A stretch of 64,000 bases of DNA, taken from NCBI GenBank assembly GCA_030432755.1, contig JAUILZ010000007.1:92389-156388 (forward strand), written 5' to 3'. Below the pieces are notes generated by a model. The model was not told where the DNA came from and did no database searches. It was given only the letters and a program-made list of their open reading frames with translations. Within the stretch, counting starts at the first letter, position 1, and each line of letters starts with the position of its first letter. Shown here piece by piece: positions 8,002-18,309 of the stretch. The translations under genes were made by a program, and so were the position numbers. The stretch is from Gammaproteobacteria bacterium. Lineage in GTDB: Bacteria; Pseudomonadota; Gammaproteobacteria; Arenicellales; Poriferihabitantaceae.

Positions 8002-9351
8002 TCAGCGCAGGGTGACCAGCTCCTCCGCCGCTGTGGGATGGATCGCCACGGTATCGTCGAAGTCGCGCTTGGTGGCGCCCATCTTCACCGCCACCGCGAA
8101 TCCCTGCAGCATCTCGTCGGCGCCGTCGCCGATGACATGGCAGCCGACGACGCGCTCCTCCTCGCCCACGGTAACAAGTTTGACCACCGTGGGTGGTTTG
8201 TGCGCGGACACCGCGTAGCGCATGTTGACGAATCGGCTCTGGTAGACGCGTACGGCGTCGCCGTGGCGTTCCCGGGCCTCCTCCTCGGTCAGGCCCACGG
8301 TGCCGATGGGCGGGTGGCTGAACACCACAGTGGGAATGTTGTCGTAGTCGAGCATGGCGTCGGCGCGGTCGTTGAACAGCCTCTCCGAGAGGCGGCGCGC
8401 GGCGGCGATGGCCACCGGCGTGAGCGGCGGTTTGCGGGTCACGTCACCCACCGCATAGATGCCCGGGGCGCTGGTGTTCTGGAACGCGTCAATCTCGATG
8501 AAGCCGTCGTCGTCCAGGCTCACGCCGGTGTTCTCGAGCGCCAGGGATGCGACGCTGGTCTGCCGGCCGATAGCCCAGATGATGCAGTCGAATCCATGCA
8601 TGGAATCTCCGCCTGAGGCGCTGAAACCGAGGCTGCCGTCCGCACTCCGCTGGAGCCCGGAGACGCTGACCCCGCGCAGGATACGGATGCCGGCCGCCTC
8701 CATCTGCTCCATCAGAACCTCGTGCAGGGTGTGATCGAAGCTGCGTAGCAGCCTGTCCTTGCGCAGCAGAATGGTCACCTGGCTGCCGAGTCCGTGGAGG
8801 ACGCCGGCGAGTTCCGCGGCAATGTAACCGGCGCCGATGACGAGGACATTATGTGGCTGCTCCGCGAGGGTGAAGAAGCCGTCGCTTGTGATGCCGAGTT
8901 CCGCCCCCGGCAGGTCCGGCACCGTGGGCTGGCCACCTGTGGCGACGAGGATATGGGGTGCCTCGTAGCGCTCGCCGTCCACCTCGACGATGTGGTCGCT
9001 GACGAATCTCCCGGTGCCGCGTACCAGGCTGACCCCGGAGCCGTCGAGGTTGCGTGCGTAGATGCCGTTCAGGCGCTCGACATAGGCGTCGCGGGCGGAC
9101 TTCAGCTTGCGCCACTGGAAACCGCCGGTTTCCACCCCAAATCCGTAGTCAGAGGCGAGTTGCAGCGTTTCCGCCACCTGGGCGGTATTCCACATGACCT
9201 TCTTCGGCACGCAGCCCACGTTGACGCACGTGCCGCCAAGGGGGCCGTGCTCGACGAGCAGTACCCGCGCGCCGTGTTCCGCCGCGCGGCGGGCGCCGGC
9301 GATGCCACCGCTGCCACCGCCGATGACGATAAAATCGAACTTTTTTGACAT
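8002..9351 (-). CDS. gor: Glutathione-disulfide reductase
   Basis: [24 protein letters not shown], redox-active [13 protein letters not shown], and C-terminal [12 protein letters not shown]. The start is taken at the ATG at 9351; the ORF-track start at 9426 adds a non-homologous extension. Confidence 0.92.
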   Translation of the reverse strand: MSKKFDFIVIGGGSGGIAGARRAAEHGARVLLVEHGPLGGTCVNVGCVPKKVMWNTAQVAETLQLASDYGFGVETGGFQWRKLKSARDAYVERLNGIYARNLDGSGVSLVRGTGRFVSDHIVEVDGERYEAPHILVATGGQPTVPDLPGAELGITSDGFFTLAEQPHNVLVIGAGYIAAELAGVLHGLGSQVTILLRKDRLLRSFDHTLHEVLMEQMEAAGIRILRGVSVSGLQRSADGSLGFSASGGDSMHGFDCIIWAIGRQTSVASLALENTGVSLDDDGFIEIDAFQNTSAPGIYAVGDVTRKPPLTPVAIAAARRLSERLFNDRADAMLDYDNIPTVVFSHPPIGTVGLTEEEARERHGDAVRVYQSRFVNMRYAVSAHKPPTVVKLVTVGEEERVVGCHVIGDGADEMLQGFAVAVKMGATKRDFDDTVAIHPTAAEELVTLR

Positions 9352-9383
9352 CGGTTCAGACCCGATCAACCTACAGAGCGACC

Positions 9384-11444
9384 ATGCAGCAAGACAACCC
9401 GTTGATGGACCTGAGTGGACTGCCACGTTTCGACGCGATCTTACCAGAGCACGTGGAACCCGCCGTGGATGCGGTGCTGAAGCGCAACCGGGCGGCGATC
9501 CGGGAGCTGATCGATACCGTGGCGCGGCCGGAATGGGACAATTTCATGGCGCCGCTGGAGCAGCTAGACGACGATCTCGAACGGGTCTGGGCGCCGGTGT
9601 CGCATCTCAACGCGGTATGCGACAGCGAGGAGCTGCGCGTGGTCTACGAACGCTGTCTGCCGAAGTTGTCGGATTATTCCGCGGAACTGGGTCAGGACAG
9701 GGATTTGTACGAAAAGATCCACCACATCCGTCACCAGGGCCACTATGCCGAACTGGGTCGCGCGGAGCGCAAGGTGATCGACAATGCGCTCCGGGATTTC
9801 CATCTTTCGGGCGTCGACCTCGAGGCGGCGGACCAGGAGCGCTACCGCGAGATCACGAGCGAACTCTCGCGCCTCGGCAATTTCTTCTCGCGTAACCTGC
9901 TGGACGCCACCGACGCGTGGCACATCGACATCGCCGATGAATCCCGGCTCGCGGGAATCCCCGACAACGCCCGGGCGCAGGCGCGCCAGGCTGCCCTGGA
10001 AGCCGACATCGAGGGTTGGCGTTTCACCCTCCATGCGCCTTCGTTCCTGGCGGTCATGTCCCATGCGGACGATGCATCCCTGCGCGAAGAGGTATACCGC
10101 GCCTACGTGACCCGGGCGAGCGAGACGGGACCCAACGGCGGCCAGTGGGACAACGGCGGGGTAATGCTGGACATCCTCCGCCTGCGGCGGGAACTCGCCG
10201 TCCTCCTGGGATATACCGACTATGCCGCCTATTCCCTCGCCACCAAGATGGCGGACAGCAGCGAGGAGGTGCTGGGCTTCATCCGGCAGCTGGGGGGCAA
10301 GTGCCGCGAACCGGGACGCAGGGAGGTGCGCGCGCTGCGGCAGTTTGCCAGGGAGGAGCTGGGTATCCAGTCACTACAACCCTGGGACCTCGCCTGGGCG
10401 AGCGAGAAGTTGCGTCATCACCGATACGACTTCTCCCAGGAGTCCCTGCGTCCCTATTTTCCGCTGCCGCGGGTGCTGGAAGGCATGTTTACCATCGTCG
10501 GCCGCCTGTTCGGTATCCGCGTGGAGGCCGCCGAGGCGCCTTCGACCTGGCATCCCGATGTGCAGTTCTATCGAATCCTCGACGAGAGCGGGGCGCCGCG
10601 TGGACATTTCTACCTCGATCTCTACGCGCGCAAGCAGAAACGGGGTGGCGCCTGGATGGCGGATTGCATGGGACGCCGGCGGACCGACAACGGGCTGCAA
10701 CGCCCGGTAGCGTTTCTGACCTGTAATTTTTCCGCCCCGGTGGAGGGCCAGCCCGCGCTTCTGACCCACGACGAGGTCATCACCCTGTTCCACGAGTTCG
10801 GTCATGGGCTGCATCACATGCTCACCCGGGTGGACGTGGCCGGGGTGGCGGGGATCAACGGCGTGCCCTGGGACGCGGTGGAGCTGCCGAGCCAGTTCCT
10901 CGAGAACTGGTGCTGGGAGCGCGAGGCGCTGGACCTCATCTCCGGCCACGTGGACAGCGGCGAGCCGCTACCCCAGGAGCTGCTGGACAAGATGCGCCAG
11001 GGGCGCAACTTCCAGTCCGCGATGCAGATGTGCCGCCAGCTCGAGTTCAGCCTGTTCGACATGCGTCTGCATACAGAATTCGAGCCCGGCGGTGACGCAA
11101 CCATCCAGGATGTGCTCAACGGAGTGCGGGAAGAGGTGGCGGTAGTCGAGGCGCCAGCCTTCAATCGATTCCAGAATTCATTCGGTCATATCTTCGCCGG
11201 CGGATACGCCGCGGGCTACTACAGCTACCAGTGGGCAGAGGTGCTGTCCGCCGACGCGTTCAGCCTGTTCGAGGAAAAGGGCATTTTCGACGCCGCCACC
11301 GGACGCCGATTTCTCGCGGAAATCCTGGAGCGTGGCGGGAGCGAGGAACCGATGGTGCTGTTCGAGGCGTTTCGCGGCCGCAAGCCTACGGTGGACGCGC
11401 TGCTCCGGCACTCGGGATTGAGTCCGCTCGAGGATGCGGCGTAA
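9384..11444 (+). CDS. prlC: Oligopeptidase A (M3 family zinc metallopeptidase)
   Basis: N-terminus [24 protein letters not shown], zinc site HEFGHGLHH, and C-terminal [17 protein letters not shown]. The start is taken at the ATG at 9384. Confidence 0.93.
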   Translation: MQQDNPLMDLSGLPRFDAILPEHVEPAVDAVLKRNRAAIRELIDTVARPEWDNFMAPLEQLDDDLERVWAPVSHLNAVCDSEELRVVYERCLPKLSDYSAELGQDRDLYEKIHHIRHQGHYAELGRAERKVIDNALRDFHLSGVDLEAADQERYREITSELSRLGNFFSRNLLDATDAWHIDIADESRLAGIPDNARAQARQAALEADIEGWRFTLHAPSFLAVMSHADDASLREEVYRAYVTRASETGPNGGQWDNGGVMLDILRLRRELAVLLGYTDYAAYSLATKMADSSEEVLGFIRQLGGKCREPGRREVRALRQFAREELGIQSLQPWDLAWASEKLRHHRYDFSQESLRPYFPLPRVLEGMFTIVGRLFGIRVEAAEAPSTWHPDVQFYRILDESGAPRGHFYLDLYARKQKRGGAWMADCMGRRRTDNGLQRPVAFLTCNFSAPVEGQPALLTHDEVITLFHEFGHGLHHMLTRVDVAGVAGINGVPWDAVELPSQFLENWCWEREALDLISGHVDSGEPLPQELLDKMRQGRNFQSAMQMCRQLEFSLFDMRLHTEFEPGGDATIQDVLNGVREEVAVVEAPAFNRFQNSFGHIFAGGYAAGYYSYQWAEVLSADAFSLFEEKGIFDAATGRRFLAEILERGGSEEPMVLFEAFRGRKPTVDALLRHSGLSPLEDAA

Positions 11445-11453
11445 AATGGCTGG

Positions 11454-12047
11454 ATGAACGCACAAAAAACCGGGTGGCTGGCCGCGGCGCTCCTGTTGCC
11501 GCTGGTGCTGGGGGTGGCGCACGGGGCCACGCTGTATAAATGGGTGGACGCCGACGGCAACGTGACCTATCAGGACACGCCGCCCCCGGACAACGTCCAG
11601 TTCGAGGAAAGCACCGTGGACGCGCCGCCGGCGCCGCTGCCGGAGGATGCCGGCCGGCAGATCGAGGAGGCCGCGCTGGAAAACCCGGTGTCTCTCTACT
11701 CGGTGCCGGACTGCGATGCCTGCGCGCTGGTGCGTCTGTATCTCGAGCGCAACTCCATTCCCTTCGCGGAAAAGGACGTGCGCAACAATCTCGACACTCA
11801 GGCGGAGCTCGAGCAGCGCGCCGGCTCCCTCACGGTGCCTACCCTGACGGTCGGTGACCGGGTTCTCGATGGCTACAGCCGCAGCGCGATCCGCGACGCG
11901 CTCGTCGATGCGGGATTTCCAGTGGATCGGCCAACTCCCGAGGCAACGGATAGTGGGGAGTCCGGCGAAGAACCGGCCAGCAGTGAAATCGCGTCACCTG
12001 AAACACCGGTGGCGGAAATAGAAAATTCCGATACCAATCAACAATGA
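11454..12047 (+). CDS. Secreted DUF4124-like domain fused to a glutaredoxin-fold domain
   Basis: Signal peptide LLLPLVLGVAHGA, then LYKWVDADGNVTYQDTPP (DUF4124-type), then LYSVPDCDACALVRLYLERNSIPFAEKDV...VPTLTV (C-x-x-C glutaredoxin/NrdH-like fold), then an acidic tail. Confidence 0.75.
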   Translation: MNAQKTGWLAAALLLPLVLGVAHGATLYKWVDADGNVTYQDTPPPDNVQFEESTVDAPPAPLPEDAGRQIEEAALENPVSLYSVPDCDACALVRLYLERNSIPFAEKDVRNNLDTQAELEQRAGSLTVPTLTVGDRVLDGYSRSAIRDALVDAGFPVDRPTPEATDSGESGEEPASSEIASPETPVAEIENSDTNQQ

Positions 12048-12547
12048 CCCACCGTTTTGTCCGAAGCCCGTGGCGCAGGCCATGGTTGCCGGCGCTTTTT
12101 CTCGCGTTTCTGCTCACCGGCTGTTCCGATGACGTCGACGTCATCAGCGGCGGTGGAGACACCGGTGTCGGCAGCGACGGTGGCTCCGGCTCTTCACAGT
12201 TCGCCGGCACCTATAGCGGCACCGTGACATTCGAAATACGCGGCGACAACGTCGACGACTCCACCGATACCGAAGCAGCTACCGTTTTGATTCGCAGCGA
12301 CGGCACCGGCCAGCTGACCATCGCGGGAGAATCCGTGGAAGGCACGGTGAACGGCAACCGTTTCGGATTTTCCATCTATCGCAGGGTGCGCCGCGACCTG
12401 GTCGATTGCGAGGGCGACGCCACGGTGACCGGCACAATCCAGTCCGGCTCCCTGAGCGGCCCTGTGAACGGTGATGGCGAATGCGATCTGCTCGTCGGCA
12501 AGACGGGATTTACCCTGACCGGCTCCATCCAGGCCACGAGAAACTGA
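12044..12547 (+). CDS. Small lipoprotein of unknown function
   Basis: Lipobox FLLTGC, followed by a Gly/Asp/Ser-rich linker and beta-rich repeats (TVTFEIRG, TVTGTIQSG, TLTGSIQ). The start overlaps the upstream stop (ATGA). Confidence 0.7.
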   Translation: MTHRFVRSPWRRPWLPALFLAFLLTGCSDDVDVISGGGDTGVGSDGGSGSSQFAGTYSGTVTFEIRGDNVDDSTDTEAATVLIRSDGTGQLTIAGESVEGTVNGNRFGFSIYRRVRRDLVDCEGDATVTGTIQSGSLSGPVNGDGECDLLVGKTGFTLTGSIQATRN

Positions 12548-12814
12548 CCGGGGAACTGTCTCCAGCGAATTCATACGTATCCGAATCGACGCAAGCCTGG
12601 CCAGGATCGCTGAATGTGCCCACGGTGTATCCGCATGAGACAGCCGCGCGCAATGCAGTATCGGAAAGCGTTGCAAAGTTGAGACAGCTTGCGGGAGAGA
12701 TTCCCGTGGCATGGTTGCGGCGGCGGTGTTAGAACTGGTCGTCCGCGCAGTGGTGTTCGGCGGCCGACACAGCATCCGGTAAGGAACCGACATCCACTGA
12801 AAGAGGCCTCCAAC

Positions 12815-13441
12815 ATGAAAAAGATTCTCGTGGTCAACCCCAAGGGCGGCAGCGGCAAGTCCACCCTGGCGACCAACCTGGCGAGCTACTATGCATTGTG
12901 GAACGTACCGGTCGCGTTATGCGATCTCGACCCCCAGCAGTCGAGCCTGGAATGGCTGAAACAGCGCCCGGAAAACCTGAATCCGATCATCGGCGTGGAA
13001 GGCACACCGGGGCGCTTCAGCGTTCCGGGGGAAGTTCAGCGGGCCGTCGTGGATGCGCCGGCGCGCACCACCCAGGCACAGATGCAACGCCTGTTCGAGC
13101 AATGCGACGAGGTGATCATCCCGGTGCTGCCATCACCCATCGACATACGCGCGGCGGGCCATTTCGTGGGTGAACTGTTGCTCGACAACATGCTGAAGAA
13201 GTCACGCACCGGGCTGGTGGCCAACCGGGTGCGGGAACACACCCTGATCTACAGCAACCTGGAGGCTTTCCTGAACAAGCTCAGGATTCCGCTGATCACC
13301 CATTTGCGGGATACGCAGAACTACATCCGCGCCGCGGAGCGGGGTTACGGCATCTTCGAGATGCCACCCTACCTGGTTGACCGGGACGTCGACAACTGGC
13401 GGCCGCTGATCCAGTGGGTGGAGAAAGATCACAAGGCCTGA
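12815..13441 (+). CDS. Small ParA/ParF-type (deviant Walker A) ATPase, orphan
   Basis: 208 aa. MKKILVVNPKGGSGKSTLATNLA (K-GG-x-GK-S/T deviant Walker A), LCDLDPQQSSLEW, IIPVLPSPIDI. AAGAGG lies 8 nt upstream of the ATG at 12815. The ORF-track start at 12689 was rejected. Confidence 0.85.
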   Translation: MKKILVVNPKGGSGKSTLATNLASYYALWNVPVALCDLDPQQSSLEWLKQRPENLNPIIGVEGTPGRFSVPGEVQRAVVDAPARTTQAQMQRLFEQCDEVIIPVLPSPIDIRAAGHFVGELLLDNMLKKSRTGLVANRVREHTLIYSNLEAFLNKLRIPLITHLRDTQNYIRAAERGYGIFEMPPYLVDRDVDNWRPLIQWVEKDHKA

Positions 13442-13536
13442 CGCATGCACGGCTATGGCGTTAAAGACGCATCCGGCAGGCGCGGGCATTTTTCCGGCAG
13501 TTATTCATAAAGTCACAGACCACAGAGGAAAGCACA

Positions 13537-14652
<1,116 letters not shown>

Positions 14653-14666
14653 CCCCGGGGTACGCC

Positions 14667-15497
14667 ATGGAAACCATTTCCGAGCAACGCTGTTTCGGCG
14701 GCGTCCAGGGTGTCTATCGCCACGCGTCGGAGACTACCGGCACGCCGATGCAGTTTGCCGTGTTCATTCCGCCCGGAGCGGAGAACGGCGGGGTGCCGGT
14801 TCTCTGGTATCTCTCCGGACTCACCTGCACCGAGGAGAACTTCACTGTAAAGGCAGGGGCCCAGCGCTATGCCGCGGAACACGGCCTCATGCTGGTGGCG
14901 CCGGACACCAGTCCCCGCGGCGCAAGCATTCCCGGCGAGGACGAAACCTACGACTTCGGCAGCGGCGCGGGCTTCTACGTCGATGCCACGGAGGCGCCGT
15001 GGAGCAAAAACTACCGCATGTACAGCTACATAACGGAGGAGCTGCCTGCGCTGGTATTCGACGGGTTTCCCGGTGACCGGGCGCGGCAGGGCATCACCGG
15101 CCATTCCATGGGCGGCCACGGCGCGCTGACCGTCGGCCTGCGCAACCCCGAGACGTACCGGTCTATCTCCGCGTTCTCGCCGATCTGCGCGCCGACCCAG
15201 TGCCCCTGGGGTGAAAAGGCGCTCGGCGGTTACCTTGGCAGCGACCGTGAAACCTGGAAGGCCCACGATGCCTGCGCATTGATCGAATCGGGACAACGCA
15301 GTGGCGAGATCCTGGTGGACCAGGGCGACGCCGACGGTTTCCTCGTCGAGCAACTCAAGCCCGAGTTGCTCGAACAGGCCTGCAAGGAGGCCGGTCAGCC
15401 GCTGACGCTAAGGATGCAGCCGGGCTACGACCACAGCTACTTCTTCATCGCCTCGTTCATCGGCGACCACGTGGCATTCCACGCGGCACGACTGTAG
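14667..15497 (+). CDS. fghA: S-formylglutathione hydrolase (esterase D family)
   Basis: 276 aa. FGGVQGVYRHAS, YLSGLTCTEENF, nucleophile elbow GHSMGGHGA, and GYDHSYFFI. It lies directly downstream of adhC. Confidence 0.93.
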   Translation: METISEQRCFGGVQGVYRHASETTGTPMQFAVFIPPGAENGGVPVLWYLSGLTCTEENFTVKAGAQRYAAEHGLMLVAPDTSPRGASIPGEDETYDFGSGAGFYVDATEAPWSKNYRMYSYITEELPALVFDGFPGDRARQGITGHSMGGHGALTVGLRNPETYRSISAFSPICAPTQCPWGEKALGGYLGSDRETWKAHDACALIESGQRSGEILVDQGDADGFLVEQLKPELLEQACKEAGQPLTLRMQPGYDHSYFFIASFIGDHVAFHAARL

Positions 15498-15533
15498 GCG
15501 GACTGCGCGGCTTTCCGGCGACGGCGTTGGCCG

Positions 15534-16943
15534 CTATGCCTGCCGCGCACCTGCGCTTTCGTCGACCACGATTTCGTAGCAGGGGGTGTATCCGCCGGCG
15601 ATCTTCATCCGCCCCTGGCTGACGAACGCGGCGAGCAGGCGGTCCAGCAGGGCCATGATGCGGGCGGAGCCCTGGATGCGAAACGGGCCCTCGCGCTCGA
15701 TCGCGGCGATCACGTCCTCGCGCACGTTGCCGGAGACGATGCCGGAGAAGACCCGCCGCAGGTTGGCGGCCAGCTCGTGGGGCGGCAGGTCCTCGTCGAT
15801 GGCGATCGCCGCCATATCGGCGTGGCTGGAGCTGAACGGGCGCTGGAACGCCGGGTCGATGGTGAGCCGCCAGTTGAAGTAGTAGGCGTCGTTGTGTGAC
15901 TTGCGGTAGGCGCGCACCGTCTGCAGGCTTTCCTGCATCCGGCGACCGACCGCCGGGGCGTCGTCGATGATGATGTCGTAGTGCTTGCGCGCTTCCTCGC
16001 CCAGCGTATCGCCGATGAAATCGTCGAGCTGGCGGAAATAGGGTTCCGCGGAGGGTGGCCCGGTGAGGATCATCGGCAGTGGCAGCTCGGCATTGTCCGG
16101 GTGCAGCAGGATCCCGAGCAGATAGAGGATTTCCTCGGCGGTGCCCACACCGCCGGGAAAGACGATGATCCCGTGACCGGTGCGCACGAAGGCCTCGAGG
16201 CGCTTTTCCATGTCCGGCATGATCACCAGGTTGTTGACGATGGGATTGGGCGCCTCCGCGGCGATGATCCCGGGCTCGGTGATGCCGACGTAGCGCCCGT
16301 GGCGCAGGCGCTGCTTTGCGTGGCCGATGGTGGCGCCCTTCATCGGTCCCTTCATCGCCCCCGGGCCGCAGCCGGTGCAGACATCGAGCGCCCTGAGGCC
16401 GAGTTCGTAGCCGACCTTCTTGGTGTAGTCGTATTCCTCGCGACCGATGGCATGGCCGCCCCAGCACACCACGAGGTTGGTATCCATGGCGCGCTCGAAG
16501 AGTCGCGCATTGCGCAGGATATGAAATACCGCGTTGGTGATGCCCCCGGACTCCGTCAGGTCGAACCGGTCGCTGCGGCGAATTTCGCTGCCGATATAGA
16601 CCAGGTCGCGGACCACCGCGAACAGGAGTTCGCGCGTGCCTCGGATCATGCGGCCGTCGACGAACGCGGCCGCGGGGGCGCCCTGGAGGGCCACCTTGAG
16701 GCCGCGGTCCTGCTGCACCAGGCTGACGCTGAAATCGCGGTACTGATCCAGTACCGCGCGCGCATCGTCGGTATCCACGCCGGAATTGAGCACCGCCAGG
16801 ATGCAGCGGCGCAGGAGACCGTGCAGGCCTCCCTCGCCCTCGTATCGCAGCTGCTCCACCTCGGCCTGGGACAGCACCTCGAGGCTGCCCTCGGGCCAGA
16901 CCTCGGTGTCGATGGTGGCTATGGCGGTAGCGGGAGAGTCCAT
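15534..16943 (-). CDS. ppnN: Pyrimidine/purine nucleotide 5'-monophosphate nucleosidase PpnN (LOG-family)
   Basis: Collinear with E. coli YgdH/PpnN as I recall it: VVCWGGH, CTGCGPGAMKGPMKGA, PDMEKRLEAFVR, FPGGVGTAEE, and C-terminal YTPCYEI. The start is taken at the ATG at 16943 (MDSPATA). Confidence 0.9.
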   Translation of the reverse strand: MDSPATAIATIDTEVWPEGSLEVLSQAEVEQLRYEGEGGLHGLLRRCILAVLNSGVDTDDARAVLDQYRDFSVSLVQQDRGLKVALQGAPAAAFVDGRMIRGTRELLFAVVRDLVYIGSEIRRSDRFDLTESGGITNAVFHILRNARLFERAMDTNLVVCWGGHAIGREEYDYTKKVGYELGLRALDVCTGCGPGAMKGPMKGATIGHAKQRLRHGRYVGITEPGIIAAEAPNPIVNNLVIMPDMEKRLEAFVRTGHGIIVFPGGVGTAEEILYLLGILLHPDNAELPLPMILTGPPSAEPYFRQLDDFIGDTLGEEARKHYDIIIDDAPAVGRRMQESLQTVRAYRKSHNDAYYFNWRLTIDPAFQRPFSSSHADMAAIAIDEDLPPHELAANLRRVFSGIVSGNVREDVIAAIEREGPFRIQGSARIMALLDRLLAAFVSQGRMKIAGGYTPCYEIVVDESAGARQA

Positions 16944-17016
16944 ATCGATACTGGTTGTTATGGCGGAGTCCTGTGAAGGTGGTATTACAGGGCGTGATTC
17001 CAAGTCCGACCCGGGA

Positions 17017-18213
17017 TCACGCGGCGTCCTCCAGGGTGGAGAGTATGGTGTCGAGAAACAGGTACCCCCGGGGAGTACAGCGAATCCTTTCATCGTTGTG
17101 CTCCACCAGTCCACGTTCCAGCGCCGGCCCGAGCGCCCGGGAAAATTGATCGGGCGACAGGCCCGTCCGCGCCGACGCCACGGCAAGCGTGAACCCGTCC
17201 CGCAGGCGCAGCGCATTCATCAGGTACTCGATGAGACGATCCGCTGGATCCAGTTCGCGGGTCTCGGCAACGGCGTCGTCCCTGCCGGCCACGGCCAGGT
17301 ATCCGCCGGGATGTTTCCTGCGCGCCCGTCGGGTAATGCGTCCGTCGATGCTCGTGATCTTTCCGTGTGCGCCCGCGCCGATACCGAGGTAGTCGCCGAA
17401 GGTCCAGTAGTTGCGATTGTGGCGGCAGGCCAGACCAGGCCGGGCGTAGGCGGACACCTCGTACTGCGGGTATCCCGCCGCCGCCAGGACCGCCTGCAGC
17501 GCTTCCTGGATGGCAAAGAGCGTATCGTCCGGCGGCAGCGTCGGTGGATAGCGGTGAAATACCGTGTTCGGCTCCAGGGTCAGCTGGTAAACCGAGAGGT
17601 GGCCCGGTTCGAGCGAGATCGCGCGCTCGAGATCATCCATCGCCGTTTCGACCGTCTGCCCGGGAAGTCCGTGCATCAGATCGATGTTGACGTTGTCGAA
17701 GCCTCCGTCCCGGGCCTGTTCCATTGCCCTCGCGGCATCGTCACCGGAATGGATGCGACCAAGGCGGCGCAGGTTGTCCGCGTTGAAGCTCTGCACCCCC
17801 AGGGAGAGCCGATTGATGCCCGCTGCGCGGTAGGCGGAGAAGTCAGCGTGTTCCGTGGTGCCCGGGTTGGCCTCCATGGTGATCTCGACGTCCGCCGCGA
17901 ATTCGAGCATTCCGCCGATGCGACCGAGCAGCTCGCCCAGTATCTCCGGCGAAAACAGGCTCGGCGTGCCGCCGCCGAGGAAGATACTGCTGACCGGCCG
18001 TTGTACCGGAAACCTCGACAGTTCCAGCGCGAGGTCCGCCACCATTGCGTCGACGTAACCGGCTTCGTCCAGAGAGCTTCCAACGGGATGCGAATTGAAG
18101 TCGCAGTAGGGGCATTTGCGCACGCACCATGGAAAGTGCAGGTACAGGGCGAGCGGAATCGATGCCACGTCCGGGTACGTGGTTGATTCCGTGCTGTGCG
18201 CCAGGATAGCCAT
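17017..18213 (-). CDS. hemW: Radical SAM heme chaperone HemW (coproporphyrinogen III oxidase-like)
   Basis: LALYLHFPWCVRKCPYCDFNSH (C-x3-C-x2-C), FLGGGTPS, GINRLSLGVQSF. The start is taken at the ATG at 18213; an alternative TTG lies at 18249. Confidence 0.9.
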   Translation of the reverse strand: MAILAHSTESTTYPDVASIPLALYLHFPWCVRKCPYCDFNSHPVGSSLDEAGYVDAMVADLALELSRFPVQRPVSSIFLGGGTPSLFSPEILGELLGRIGGMLEFAADVEITMEANPGTTEHADFSAYRAAGINRLSLGVQSFNADNLRRLGRIHSGDDAARAMEQARDGGFDNVNIDLMHGLPGQTVETAMDDLERAISLEPGHLSVYQLTLEPNTVFHRYPPTLPPDDTLFAIQEALQAVLAAAGYPQYEVSAYARPGLACRHNRNYWTFGDYLGIGAGAHGKITSIDGRITRRARRKHPGGYLAVAGRDDAVAETRELDPADRLIEYLMNALRLRDGFTLAVASARTGLSPDQFSRALGPALERGLVEHNDERIRCTPRGYLFLDTILSTLEDAA

Positions 18214-18309
18214 TGCTTCTATTGTCTGGGTTGAGCCGCGCTGAGACAATCCCGGCTCTCGCGGTCATCCTGGTTCCAGTGACCGGCCCCAAAGTTTTTT
18301 CCCTATCCA

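Noticed and set aside
12481-12732. An 83-aa plus-strand ORF upstream of the ParA-like gene, considered as a possible partner or adaptor.
   Set aside because: It overlaps the 3' end of the lipoprotein gene in another frame, has no ribosome-binding site, and has no helix-rich or RHH-like character. It is likely spurious.
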